Assembly: GCF_021869535.1 (NCBI RefSeq)
Contig: NW_026262593.1
Span: 29,574,001 to 29,638,000, forward strand
Length of the DNA stretch: 64,000 nucleotides
Source of the DNA: Mytilus californianus
Taxonomy: Eukaryota
Direction of reading: 5' to 3'
The stretch's first letter is position 1. Each line of letters starts with the position of its first letter. Positions 13,040 through 25,706 of this stretch are shown here, piece by piece. A program made the position numbers and the translations under genes. The notes beneath the pieces were generated by a model that had not been told where the DNA came from, did not search any database, and worked only from the letters and a program-made list of their open reading frames with translations.

Positions 13040-14045
13040 ATGATAGCGTTAATGATGTTTTTTTCTGCAACTCTAAGCTAGTGTTTGAATATAATAATAG
13101 ACTTTGAACGATTTCAGTGTTCTGAATTCCTTCATCTTGTATTGACCCTTTCCTTGCATTGTGACCTGTGATCCCCTTGTCATTAGTAAGCAGTGCTTTA
13201 GTAGCCATACCTTTTTTTTATTTTAGATTTAGATTTTGTACCAAGCCTTTGATTTTTGCACCACAATAAGTTTGATCCATAATTGTCATCTTGAAATATT
13301 GTTGCTTGTATATAAAAAGGGGAATCGTCTTTTTTCATTGCTACTGGTCTTTTGTGTCTAAAAAGTTTTTACCCAATTACTGGACATTTCGTGTGATCCA
13401 TCTTGATCTCCATGGCAATGATCTCTGTAAATTAGAGAGATTGTCAACCTGCCTTGTTTTTGTTTGTCGTTCAGGGCAATACTGGAGATATTCATCTCCA
13501 TTTGTGTCTACTTTTAATGTGATATCCCCCTACATAAATTGTAATGTTCTGTTACTACTCGTAAACCAAAATGGTAATTGTTATTCATATATATAGTATT
13601 AATTAGAGAGCGGACTAGTTGAACCCGTTACTTTTTTTAAAAGTGTAAAAATGGTTTATATCATCATCTGTTAATAGGTCAGCAGCATTTGGTTTGTTTC
13701 CTAATCCAAGAGACTTAAAATTTTTAAAATTTTGCGCTCAATGTTTGACAGCTTTTGTAAAATTCATTATCAGTGATGATGTTGAAATGGTAATCTTTCA
13801 GGTACCGACTGATACTTTGTTGAATAGATTTAAGTGAATTTGGATTATACTCCATTGTACCATTTGTTTGTCGTTCTTTTGTTGCACTTAAAATAACGGT
13901 CTAACTCCTATGGAGGCATTTCATAAATATTTTTTATTTCATTGTGTTTTGTTTTCATATATGATTTGAAGATATTTAGATCAGATTTGGTTTTTTTTTT
14001 TTCTTGAGATGTTTTTGTTTTCTTGTTACTTTATGAATGATTATA
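13040..14045 (-). pseudogene. Crypton-type tyrosine recombinase (DUF3504; ZMYM/QRICH1/KCTD1-related family) relic
   Basis: Minus-strand motifs across frameshifts: KKTKSDLNIFKSYM, EMPP*ELD, EYNPNSLKSIQQSISRYLKD, LKSLGLGNKPNAADLLTDDD, SLINTIYMNNNYHFGLR, GDITLKVDTNGDEYLQYCPERQTKTRQ, ITGHNARKGSIQ, VQSLLLYS. Confidence 0.85.
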
Positions 14046-15749
14046 ATTCAGCGTCTGTCACATCTCTGAATCTTTAATGGTCTATTGATGTTTTGGTTTG
14101 ATAGTTTTCTATTAGATTTATTTCCATATCTTCAGCTTGATTGTCTACTTGAACGTTAACTTCCCTTGTTTTTTGCGCAGTTTGATTGGATTGTTGAATT
14201 GGTATATGTTATCGTTCAGGTGCGGGTAGCGGAGTCGGGGAATCGAAACCAAGAGAAGAGGGTGAAAGTATCCGGAAAGATGATTAAGAAATAGGGATAC
14301 AATGGAAAGGTTTCATTGACCGATGTCCGTCTGGGAGTAAGGGGAAGCGAGTGGGAGTTAGGACCCCTGTTCGTCCCTCTACATAGGAGCTTACAGTTTC
14401 TCGCATATAAAAAAAGGTAAAAGGACTTGTACTTTTTATCTTTCCTTTATTAGTTAGCCTAAGTATCATTTTATTTAAATTATTTTTCAATCAAAGGTAT
14501 AGCTTAATTGTAAAAACAGTCAGAATGTTATAATTTTATTTCTCTCAATATAGACACATTTGTTATAAACACGTTTTAGGTGGTTCGTCAAAAGAGGTAT
14601 TGGAGGCTAAACAAACGATAAAAAGAAATTTGTCTTTTTGTTAGTTTAATTGAGACTTTGGTGCCGATCTGATGAGTCAAGCAGGTCCTTTCTAACTGAT
14701 TTTGTTCAGTTAGTTATGTTGTAATAAAAAGTCTACGCATTAACCATAAATGTAGCTCCTTGCCCTCTCCCCCTTACCCTTTATCTACCTCTGTATATGA
14801 CAGTCGTATTATCCTGGATGCAATTAATGCATCGAACTTTGAATATTACGCAATACAAGATATTTCAGTGTTAAATCTTGTTTCTGATAGAACTTAACAA
14901 GTTAAAGATATGTTTAAAATTTTGTTGTGTATTAAATCAATCTGACATTGTACTTTAATTTCCAGCATTTTAAATTAAAACATCTACATCTTTTTGTAAC
15001 AAATTCCAGCATGTCACATAAAACATATACATCATTTTGTAACAAATTCCAGGATGTCACATTAAAACAAAGTACATTTTTTGTAAATTACCAGGTCCTA
15101 TTTGCATCTTGTACAATATATAACATGTTCTACCAGTTAATTTTTGGTATACATGAAGTTGGCAACTTTAGAAGTCAATCAACTTTTTTTTTTTTTTTTT
15201 TTTTTTTTTTAATCATCGAAATGGTTTTGAAGACCCCTGTGTCTCGCCTACGATTTCTGCTTTAAGTGTAAAAGTGTACTGTTGACTGTAAAAAGTAAAG
15301 TCTTGAAGGCTTAGAAATGTAATATGTCAAAACAAATAATCCCAACTGTCTGTAAATGTCAAACTAGGTCCATCTATCAGTAAAATACTGAAAAATGAAG
15401 GGGAAAAAAATACATTTTCGAAATTTTGCTGCAGACATTATCTCTTAAAATCATAAAAATGCTTTTGCCAAAGTTTCATAAAATTCCATGAAAGTTTAAC
15501 AAAGTAATTGATGTCAAACAAACTTTAAATTCATCCTGTATCGTTATGTTAACTTAGTCCTTTCATCGGTAAAATAAGGAAAAATGAAATATATATTACC
15601 GTAATGTTGCTCTGGAGATTTTATTTTGGACATAAAAAAGCCTCTGTCAAAATTTTATAAAATAATTATTATAGTAAAATGGTATCTGGATGCTTACCAC
15701 AGTTTCCATTGCCTGATTGGATTGAAATTTTAATAGATGGTATAGGGAA

Positions 15750-15935
15750 AGGTAATAGGTCTATTTATATTGGGGTCAATAGGTCAAAGGTCACTGATAC
15801 TAAAAATATATTTCGGGGGAGTATAATGGTCTCCGTATTGGTAACGAATTTCCCTTGCCTGAGATGAAAATGAAAAAAAGGGTAATCGCCAATTGATTTT
15901 GGAGTCTATTGGTCAAAATTCAAGGTCACTGATTC
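15750..15935 (+). mobile_element. Fragment of ggtcaaaggtca-type (HINE/pearl-like) repeat
   Basis: ttggggtcaataggtcaaaggtcactga and ggtcaaaattcaaggtcactga are shared with the 42439-46250 repeat. Confidence 0.55.
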
Positions 15936-17449
15936 TTAAAAAAAATATTAAACACTATTTCTTTCACTTCCCTTCTGACTGAAACAAAAAAACAAGAATT
16001 TCAAACCTAAATTCAAACAATGTATTTTAAAATTGCACCGTGCCCTTCCCCTATACAGTTGAATTGACGGTTTCCAATACAGTAAGGTATATTGATTTGA
16101 TAATAACATCTCTGTGCGTTTAATCTTCACTTCTGTAATGCATATGCAGTATTAAAATCAGTTATATTTTTGATAAGAAATACCACGAACCGAAATAGCA
16201 TCATGATGTCGTTCTCGTGTTATGTTTCAAAAGACTACTTTATTTCAAGTAAGGATAAAATTACGGTTTTCCACAGCAATCTTAACAGCGCGTCGTCTCT
16301 AAAATGGCTACATAATACATCTATACGTATAACTGGGAGACTATTTCGACGAAAAGAAATCTGTCAGTATACCATCTGTTGTAGAATAAACAGGAGATCA
16401 TACCGTTTTAAGAAAGACAACTCAAATAGTTTTAGGTTGACTACATTTTACATCTACTAGTATATAGACGACATACGGCTAAATTATATAACAATGGAAA
16501 GTTTATAATGTGTACTGTCTAAATATCCTGGTTGACTAAAGAAATTATTTTTTTAAATCGGGGTTAAAGGTCAGGTGTGCAATTTCAATGCACGTGATCC
16601 TTGCAGTAGAAACATCGATTCAGAACATTTAGAAAAGAAACAATTCTATATTAAAATTGAAAATAATATTTCTATCATAGTGTTAATCAACTTTTACTCA
16701 ATCTTGGCGGTAACGTATTGAACGCAAATGAAAGAAAGATGTAGGCTCCTGTTAGTTTGAAAGCCTGCCTACCGCATCAAGGTCTGAAAACCATGTGGCA
16801 AGGTTTTTTCTTTTTTTTTGTGAATATTTGGATATAAAACACCATCAGGAAAATATTATCACTCATTATAAGTCCATCTATATATAATTACATTACATGT
16901 ATGTTTCATTATAATACGTTATTTTGGTTAGCTAACAGCAATCTCGCGTCATTCTGAATTTAACCTTCATTTCAAATTGAAATTTAACATTCATGACGAC
17001 AAAAGCTTCCAAAATAAAGTGAACAGGTAAATTAAAAAAAAAATGTTAAAAATCGTGGGTCTCGCCATACTATACTGAAAAACATATAGTATACACAAAT
17101 CATTAATAATGCTAATCTAACTATAGTAAGCGAGGGTTAACCACACTATACTGTTTCAAAAGCTTATATGTGCTTTATTGTTAATTACTACATGTATCTG
17201 GTGAATGCTCAATATATATTGACTTGTTAATTATATGGGTCACATGTGAAGCACATATTTATTATTAATTTATTTCCTAAAATACAGTAAGCGTGGCTAA
17301 CGCCACACCAAACTTCTTTAATCTGAACAAAAGGAGACTAACTACGAGGAGACTCTCCAAAGCAATAAGGCATACTGAAAATTCATATCTACATCCTCAT
17401 AACAAAATGGCCTTAACAACAAATTTATTTGTTCATTGTATGTTCATTG

Positions 17450-17885
17450 GTGTTAATATGTCCTTTGAATGAGTTAAGCTATTTCAGTTGATATTTTATA
17501 GTGTGTCTTTCTATGTTGTGATGTTACACTATTGTTTCAGAAAAAGGGTGACGGTTTGGTACCATTAAAACGTTCGAACCCGCTGCATTTGTTTGCACAT
17601 GTCCTAAGTCAGGAATCTGATGTTCAGTAGTTGTTGTTTGTTGATGTGGTTCATAAGTGTTTTTCGTTTCTCGTTTTTTATATAGATTAGACCGTTGGTT
17701 TTCCCGTTTGAATGGTTTAACACTAGTAATTTGTGGGGCCCTGTATCATAGCTTACTGTTCGGTGTGAGCCAAGGCTCCGTGTTGAAGACCGTACTTTGA
17801 CCTATAATGGTTTACTTTTTTTAAATTTTGACTTGGATGGAGAGTTGTCTCATTGGCACTCATACATGTACCACATCTTCTTATA
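17450..17885 (-). mobile_element. Interspersed repeat family B' copy
   Basis: Reverse complement of the copies at 48135-48450 and 56172-56520 (agatgtggtatgagtgccaatgagacaactctccatccaagtca...cctgacttaggacaggtgca). Confidence 0.85.
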
Positions 17886-17987
17886 TCTAATTAGTAACAA
17901 AAAGCTATGAAAGAATAATTGTTGAAATATATTTACTTATCAATATCGATAAAGTACACAAAACAAGCTTGATGCGGAAATAATGAC

Positions 17988-17998
17988 GTGTGTGTGTG

Positions 17999-18036
<38 letters not shown>
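17988..18036. repeat. (GT)n followed by a 36-nt poly-G run
   Basis: Directly visible. Confidence 0.95.
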
Positions 18037-18221
18037 CTGTCGTCACGTTAGATTTAGCAACCTTTGAGTTGTTTGTAACTGCGTTATTAATTTATTGTCA
18101 AAAACATCCATTTTTAACGAAAGTAATGACATTCCAATCTGAACAGGTAAGTACAAAAGACATTTAACATTCAACTGAAGAACAGTGTATCAAATACCAT
18201 AAATGCTTACACGAATTAGAC

Positions 18222-18480
18222 TTATAACCGGGTTTGTACTATCATGAGCAACACGACGGTTGACATGTGGAGCAGGATCTGCTTACCCTTTCCGAGCAAC
18301 TCAGATCACCCCCAGTTTTTGGTGGGGTTCGTGTTTCTCAGTCTTGAGTTTTCTATGTTGTGTTTTGTGAACTATTTTTTGTCTGTTTATCTGTTGATCT
18401 TTTTCTTTTTAAGCCATTGCGTTGTCAGTTTATTTTCGACTTATGAATTTGAATGTCCCTTTGGAATCTTCCGCCTCTCT
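18222..18480 (-). mobile_element. Interspersed repeat family A copy
   Basis: gcttaccctttccgagcaactcagatcacccccagtttttggtggggttcgtg...tgaatgtccctttggaatctt. Confidence 0.85.
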
Positions 18481-18619
18481 TTTACCCAGCAAAAGTTTCC
18501 TTTTTAATAAATGGAAAATCTGTAACTCAGTTTATTGAAAATTCGTCCCATGATTTGCAATACTTATGTAAATAACCAGATGATAAATACTAGTACTTAA
18601 TAAAATTACTAGAAAAAGA

Positions 18620-19950
18620 ACTGCAATACATATAAGATAGCAGTTACTAGAGCCGTACAGTGTATAGATTTAAAGGTCTTGGGCAGTCTGATATCAGTAA
18701 TATTGAAAATAATAACAATAGCTCCTACACATGTACATCTTGTCCAAAGATTACTGACAGTTCTGTCGAGATCAACAGCTAACAAAGACCATCCAATAAA
18801 CAGTCTAGCATTAGCAAAGCCGCATATTGCACAACTGGCGAGGAGTACGGAAACACATGTGAATGAAGAAAAAAATACACACATATGTTCCAACTGTAAC
18901 AGTGAGCTACACGATTTAGATGAAACTTTTTGTTATAGCTATAATATAGTACATTTGACATGCATGGTTAAAAACCGCTTCATGCAAAAATGTCAAGCAT
19001 GCTATCGATTAGTAATACAATATATAAATGTTATCAGGACAAGAGAGACTCTTAACTTTGAGACAGACAAAAAGTGAACCTTTTAACAATACAACCACGA
19101 TCACACTGCATAGACAGCAAACTGAAACTCTATCAATATGTCCTGGCTCTATTATGTCTGTAGAAAAAAAAACAAGAACACAAGAAGCTAATATCCTTAA
19201 CATAAAGAAAAAGAAAAGTTTACATCACTGAAAAAGGCACAAGATAGCACAATCTCTGAACAAAGAACAATACTGAATAACACAATCAATGACGCTTGCG
19301 TTAATCAGAGCAAAGTTATTGATGACGCACAATTAAAATACAAAAACTAAAGACAGTTAGAGAAAAATTCAAAAGGAAAAAAGAAGACATCAGATTTAGG
19401 GAAATGAGAAAGTCAGAGCTCAACGCTGAAAATATTCGCCTTCAATCTACTATTCGTATACAAGAAACTTAAACAGTAGAAATGGAAACCACAACAAGAA
19501 GTATTAACAGAAAAATGGTTGCCCTTGAAGATACGGGATTTGAATCCAATAAAGCAGATACCAACTAGCAAAAAGGAACTGCTGCCATCATAATTGTGTA
19601 ACAGAAACAGATAATTTATTAATAGCTATGAAAGAATGACAAAATTAATTTTGAAGATAGTGGACACTCAAATAGATCAACTTGATAGAGAAACAAATCC
19701 CTATGACTTTACAACCAACAAATACTAATAACACTACACTGAACAGTAATCCCGATGAGACCTACACCAAAGCACAAGTATATTCTTGTACAAACATAGA
19801 GGACAAAGGCACTTGGTAATTCTAAGTCTAGACCTCCCTTAATGAATTCAAACTATCATATTAACAATGCAATGAATGCCGCACATCAGCCTCCTCAGTA
19901 TTATGTCATGCGATCACCACAATCTCAATATTGCATACCAGGCACCAGAG
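18620..19950 (+). pseudogene. LINE ORF1-like relic (PHD-type zinc fingers plus coiled coil)
   Basis: RAVQCID..DISNIENNNNSSYTCTSCPK; CSNCNSELHDLDETFC..HLTC..KCQAC; coiled coil FREMRKSELNAENIRLQSTI..EMETTTRSINRKMVALE; Q/P-rich tail. The layout parallels 60613-62790. Confidence 0.5.
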
Positions 19951-20299
19951 GGAATGAAATATTTCCACTAGCAGTCTCCTCTTACTCTGAATAACACAAA
20001 TGTGTCTACTACAGGTACTTCAACTTCATAAGATAAGACTGTCCACTAATATACAGACCTACTGAAATGCCAAGACCAATGTTGCGCAACCATAAGGAAC
20101 ACAATATTTTTAAACGAAAAATATTTATTAACAACAGAAGGTAGTGCTAACAGAAAATAATAATGTAAATCGCTTTTTAATGTATTACACTCAAACATTT
20201 GCATCTTTAAACTGTAAAAATATAAAAACATGCATATGTGATCCACCCATCTTCGTTTAATCTCAATATCACCAAATTCGGATATTTATTTGAGACATA

Positions 20300-21150
20300 T
20301 TTGTCACCTCTTCTTGTAGATTATAAAAAAATGGGCTAGTTCAGTTCCGCAGTATTTCAATACTGGTATATGTTTCTACAAGCTGTGAAATTCATGCTAC
20401 AAAAGATTCCAAATATTGAAAGGGATGCCTTGTGGTCACTTCATTAAAATTCAGTGCGTTAAATGCTTCCATTTCTTTTTGTGACTTACAGATATAACTA
20501 CTTGCGATGCCTCCAAGTTTATATACTTGATATGCCTGATTACCATCTGTAAATTGAAAACAGAAAAGACAGTAATAAAGACAGCACAGGAAATGGAGGC
20601 ATTGTTGATATAACAAGAAACAAGTCTGCGGTAATTAGATGGAATCTAACAAGGCATATAGCTGTACATTTCACCACAGAGATGAAAGCAAGACCAGGAC
20701 TACTTCATGAAGATGACAAACACGATGAAGGCAAGACCAGGACTACTTCACGAGGATGACAAACACGATGAAGGCAGACCTTCTGCCACGAAAAGATATG
20801 AACAACAAGTGTCAAATTTATTTGTTCGTATGAAAGATAAGATGACTAACCCATTTGATATTACAGATCACCACAGGAATTAATCAATAGATCAACTAGC
20901 TTGCATGCAACAAATAAAGTTTAAGAATCTTAACTTAGAGCAGGTACCACAATGCTAAACAAAATGAATGATAAATCTTCATTTGAAAATGAAACGGAGA
21001 ACTCTATGACCCGATTCAACGATCGAACATAAATACTTTTACTGACACGAACAAAAAGACAAAACTGGAGTGAAGTTTAGGTGATAAAATTCAGAGAAAC
21101 ATCAACCCAGAACATAGTTTAAGACGTGCTCTATCCTTAACGAAGTGCAG
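20300..21150 (+). pseudogene. DNA transposase relic, probably Academ superfamily
   Basis: FQYWYMFLQAV..ERDALWSLH*NSV..MLPF....YNYLR.LQVYILDM; NKDSTGNGGIVDITRNKSAVIRWNLTRH; NPFD..ELINRSTSLHAT. Contains a ~43-bp tandem duplication at ~20688-20775. The family name rests on recalled motifs. Confidence 0.55.
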
Positions 21151-22099
21151 ATGATGTAACCGTAAAAACTACTGTATTTCCCTATTGGACCAATTCCTAC
21201 TTCTCCCTTCCATGATGACGTCACTCATGAACATGAATACCCGGTATAAGATCTATTCGTCTTTTGTTCTTTGTTCTTTTGACCTTTCCCTCACAGCCAC
21301 CATCATAACCAAATATTCTTGTAAGTCAGACAGAGGCTTAAATCATATTACCAACTTGTATTTGATTGGTCTCTTGTCTTTCAACAAAGGATAACTTTTC
21401 TGTTGCTTCTAGGTCTGGTGTACAAACACAATTTATTTATCATCATTAATAAAGGTCAATGACCTTGAACTAGCATTCAATTGCTGAGAAAATCTTGGGT
21501 TGTTATTGTTCATCAACTACACTATTTAATCTTTGTATACGTTACATTGCACACTATACAACACAAAATTAATGAAATTCCCAGCACCAGATGATATGTC
21601 GATCATTGTCAGCAGCGCCACCTATCCGGTCAAGGGTTATAAACACTGGTGTTAAACTGGTCATGGTAACTGTAGTTACCACGATCCGAATATGGCTGAG
21701 GTAGAAATATGTAAAATCGTTTTCTGCTAATTTCTCCGTGTAAAAGTGTTGTTTTAAAGAATTATTCATCCGCCAGGTTGATCTGTTTGGTTTTGGTGTG
21801 TGTGTGTGTGTGTGTGTGTTGTTAATATCATATATGGCCTCGTTACAAAAATAAAAGCCATCGAAAATTCAAGGAAGATAATCGTAACTCCAAGAAATTT
21901 GTTTGATATGATAATAGCAACATGACTATTAGATAGTCGTAATTTGGACATGAAAATAGTAATTTATCAGTGAAAATCGTAACTTTATCTGTTTGTGGGG
22001 ACGGCGACTATATGTAAATATTGCTTAAAAGGTAGTGTTACCAGAATTAGTGAATACATGGTTATCTTAAACTAATTTACTTTATGACAGCGGATATAA

Positions 22100-22505
22100 G
22101 ATTGATTGATTGATTGTTGGTTGTTTAAAGTCCGGTGGCAAATATGTTATGCTCGTTCAGGAAGAGAACAAATAATCAATAAATATGTCCTGTAAAAGGG
22201 GCCGTCCGGGATGAAGGTCGGGAAATTTGGACTGCCACTAGAAAATGAGGATAAGTTGGGAAAAGACTATTTTTCCTTGCAAAAGATAACCTTTGGACCC
22301 CTCAAAGAGTTATTTTAAGGGTTCTTAACATGAAGAGAGTGTGGCATACTCTACACGAGGCATTGGATTTAACGTCCCCATTCTAACCGGACGTGGCTGC
22401 GTATTAATACATCCCGCAAGCCGAAACGGACGCCCCACTTTGGCAAGGTTTTTACTGCCGGTCGGAAGAAGACCAAGAGTGTCCATATTTCTATTCACCC
22501 TTGTG
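22100..22505 (-). mobile_element. SINE-like element with (CAAT)n tail, 5'-truncated
   Basis: Begins (gatt)n-gttggttgttta on +. Its body 22325-22500 matches 59700-59890 in reverse. Similar tails occur at ~35685-35745, ~37410-37485 and ~50895-50960. Confidence 0.7.
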
Positions 22506-22669
22506 ATGTTTTAGGGGGCAGATATAAGAAGGTTAATCAAAATATAGAATAGAGTCTACAGAAAGAATAAGAAATCAGGGGGAAAAGGGATGCTTCTTCT
22601 TAAAAAGAAGAAGGAGAGCGCTAATAAGCATGTTTAACCTTGCTACATTCTGTTTGCCCTTGTCCCATG

Positions 22670-22820
22670 TCAGGAGACTGTAAGTTAGTGGTTGTCGTTT
22701 GCTCTCTCTATGAGTTTTACACATTGTTGAAGGCCGTACAATGACCTGTAGTCTTACATCTACGTCTTTTGGTCTCTGGTGGATAGTTGTCTAATGGGCA
22801 AACATACCACATCTTATTTT
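22670..22820 (-). mobile_element. Interspersed repeat family B fragment
   Basis: ttgttgaaggccgtacaatgacct...ggatagttgtctaatgggcaaacataccacatctt. Confidence 0.7.
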
Positions 22821-24149
22821 TATTTTGAAAGTTAAACAACTATGAGTGTCTGATTCATTTTTATGCCCAAATTTGTAAACAATCTAAATTCAGGCTTATA
22901 AAATGATCAAATTTGTGTTGGAAGGATTGGAAAAGTTGTGTGCATAATAATTTCATACCATATTTTAGTCGTCTATTGAGGTATGGTGGTGAACAAAAAA
23001 AATGATGTAGCACTATCACGTTCGTTGTTATTATTATACAATATTTTTTTTTTTTTGTTATCAAAATCAGCAACTGTTATCATTGAAATATTCTGCAGTT
23101 ACGATCATCTTTCAAGTGATTTGTCCACAAGCTATCATTATTTTTTTTTGGAGACTTTTCCTTAAATTTGCGATGGCTATTATTTCGGTAACGAGACCAT
23201 ATATGATATTTATAACACACATACAACAAAACCGTACAAATCAACTTGGCGGCTGAGTAATTTTCGAAAGCAACACGTTTACACGGAGAAATTAGCAGGA
23301 AACGGTTTTACTTATTTCTACCTCCGCCATATTGGGATCGTGGTAACTGCAGTTACCATGATCAGTTTAACACCAGTGATAAAGAAACGCTATGGAATTT
23401 GTTTTCCAGAACGGATTAAGTGAAATGAAGACGATCCTTAACAAGTGTTGTTTAATACATTACTCCTGATGAAAAGTGCAATATGGCTTCAAGGGTTAAA
23501 ATGGAATTAATCTATCCGATTTGAAGATCCTCTCGAACCAATTGAAATAAAAGTTGTCATATATTCCTGTGAAGCCTAATTTACTCCTCAACATTTTGCA
23601 TGAACAGATGAAATGAAATGAAAACAATCAATGTAGAAATCATATCCACATAAAATCTAACAAATACTGTCAACAAGATCAACTGAGGCAATATAATCCA
23701 AAGTTACGAGTTATTTTTTTTTGTGATGATAATCCTATGTTTGCTACTTTGTCAATTCACCTTGGGTTCTCTAGTTTAATTGTGTGAGTTCACAGTTGCC
23801 AAAACTATATTTCCTATGACGACTCAACAGATTTCAATAAAATTAAATATATTTTTGCTTCTTAAATCAATTATGGTGAAACCTAAATCAAACGAAATAA
23901 CTTTGTTTCACTTAAAACTGAGAATAAACGTTTGAAGTTCGATAAGCGGATGTACAAAATCATAAAGATGCAAACTAGTGACAGTTACGCGATCATAGTG
24001 TGAACTTGCATGAAAACCGAACATAAAGTTCAATTCAATTACTTATTATTGTTATTTCTGAAGACGTCTTTTTTCAGTCTGTACAAAAACAAAGACGTTA
24101 AATAATTGTTAAGTTCATATAAATACAAATATATACGTAGAAATGCTTG

Positions 24150-24891
24150 TTATTTATGGCTTTTGTAACTTGTTTCTCCTTTTCGACTAATGCAACCATT
24201 CTTCAAATGAACACCATCTAGTTTCTCACACAAGTCTTGGCCTTCTTGGGAAGTTGATTTTCTTCTGCACACAGGCGTTTGTTCATCTGTTTTCAAATTC
24301 AACGGATTAATGAATAAGTTTTCAAATAAATTCCCATCCGTGAAAAGGACAGTTCTGCCACGTGAGCAATATCCACATTTTGAGACGTCCGCTGCAGGAA
24401 AGATGTCCCCTCGGAAGCCTCCACCTTTTGAACACAAACTACAAACAACGTTGTTTTGGTCATCCAAAAGCATTAACAATTGATCAAAGACCAATTGTGG
24501 CTGTTTCATTTCATTTAGTTTATTTAAATCCGACACGAGCAAGTCCTCCTTAGCACCCTCTTTGTTAACCATATACCCAATTTCAACATGATTACTCATG
24601 GTGTTTACACCGACCGATTGACTACAATATTTGTTTAAACGTGGATAAATTCGTTTGTGTATTGTTCATTTGAACAACTATGCTTTTGCATTTCATTTAT
24701 TTCTATTTCATATTCGTTTTATTCTATAAGCAAATAGTATATCCCTTTACATGGCTATTTTGTTGTTACGTTCAGAAATAACAATAAACAATACCAGTGT
24801 AAAATTCACTAGTATCCTGCTGTTGGTGAAAGGACCATGTGTCTTCAAACAAAGTCACTGTCAAAATCGTCTCAACTTTAGAATCTTCATC
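24150..24891 (-). pseudogene. Candidate decayed spliced gene of unknown family (exons 24891-24795 and ~24723-24150)
   Basis: tttttacag|DEDSKVETILTVTLFEDTWSFHQQQDTSEFYT-G|gtattg, then a 71-bp intron ending tttgcttatag. The next exon carries a stop and a frameshift and leads into a 149-aa open frame with CxxC pairs (CSLC, CGYC). Confidence 0.4.
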
Positions 24892-25464
24892 CTGTAAAAA
24901 TAAATTCAAAGATTAATCTATCGTCAAAGTTTTTTTAGAATCCAAGCTTCTATGCAATATATTTTCAATTCGGGTTTCAACTTTGCTACACCATTTACAC
25001 CTTCGACTTTTTGGGATTCAACTTTGCTACACCATTTACACCTTCGACTTATGATTGGCTGTTGCAAGTTCGGGACCATCTTGCGAAATTCAAAATTCCA
25101 TATTCGTATGGCCATCTGGTGTCAATTTTGGGATGGTGTGACGCCTGCATTAAGGGGCATAAGCTGCAAAATTGTTGTCCAACGAATTGAATCAATTTCG
25201 ATTTATAACATACCTAAGCGCAAAATTAGAATCTCAAAAACAATGCATGAAATCGAAAAAGTATCAACATGTTTTACTTGACGCCCTCTAGTTACAATAC
25301 TATTGAAATGACATCCGAGGAGAGCCGATGGTCGTGTCCCGTACATAAATATAAGGGGATGAATATATAACTGTTCAATATAAATATCACATGCAATAGA
25401 TTAATGACGATTTACCGCTGTTTTATTTCATATCATAGATAAAATAAAAAGTAATGTATACTTA

Positions 25465-25706
25465 AAAATAAGAAGATATGGTATGATTGATTGGTGTTTA
25501 AGGTCGCTTTCAGCACTATTGTGCTATTTTGTAGCTGTCAGTTTTTATTGGAGGAGGAAGCCGGAGTGCTCAGTGGGGACCATCGGTAGGAAAACTGTGA
25601 TTGTCAATAAGACAACTCTCCACCAGAAAACAATGACGTAAAAGCTAATAACTAGAGCTATAGGTCATCGTACAGCCTTCAACAATGAGCAAAACCCATA
25701 CCGCAT
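25465..25706 (+). mobile_element. Family B copy interrupted by a reversed CORE-like SINE 3' fragment (25487-25600)
   Basis: aataagaagatatggtaTGATTG-[attggtgtttaagg...ggaggaagccggagtgc...aaaactg]-TGATTGtcaataagacaactctccac. Confidence 0.75.

Larger units (their letters stand above)
21643..23378. mobile_element. Foldback/MITE-like element with ~230-bp imperfect inverted arms
   Basis: 21643-21875 is the reverse complement of 23158-23378. Examples: actggtgttaaactggtcatggtaactg vs cagttaccatgatcagtttaacaccagt; tttctgctaatttctccgtgtaaa vs tttacacggagaaattagcaggaaa; aatatcatatatgg(c/t)ctcgttac. Confidence 0.8.

Noticed and set aside
18001-18036. G-quadruplex regulatory element
   Set aside because: A plain homopolymer next to a (GT)n microsatellite. 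Its length is error-prone in assemblies and there is no gene context.
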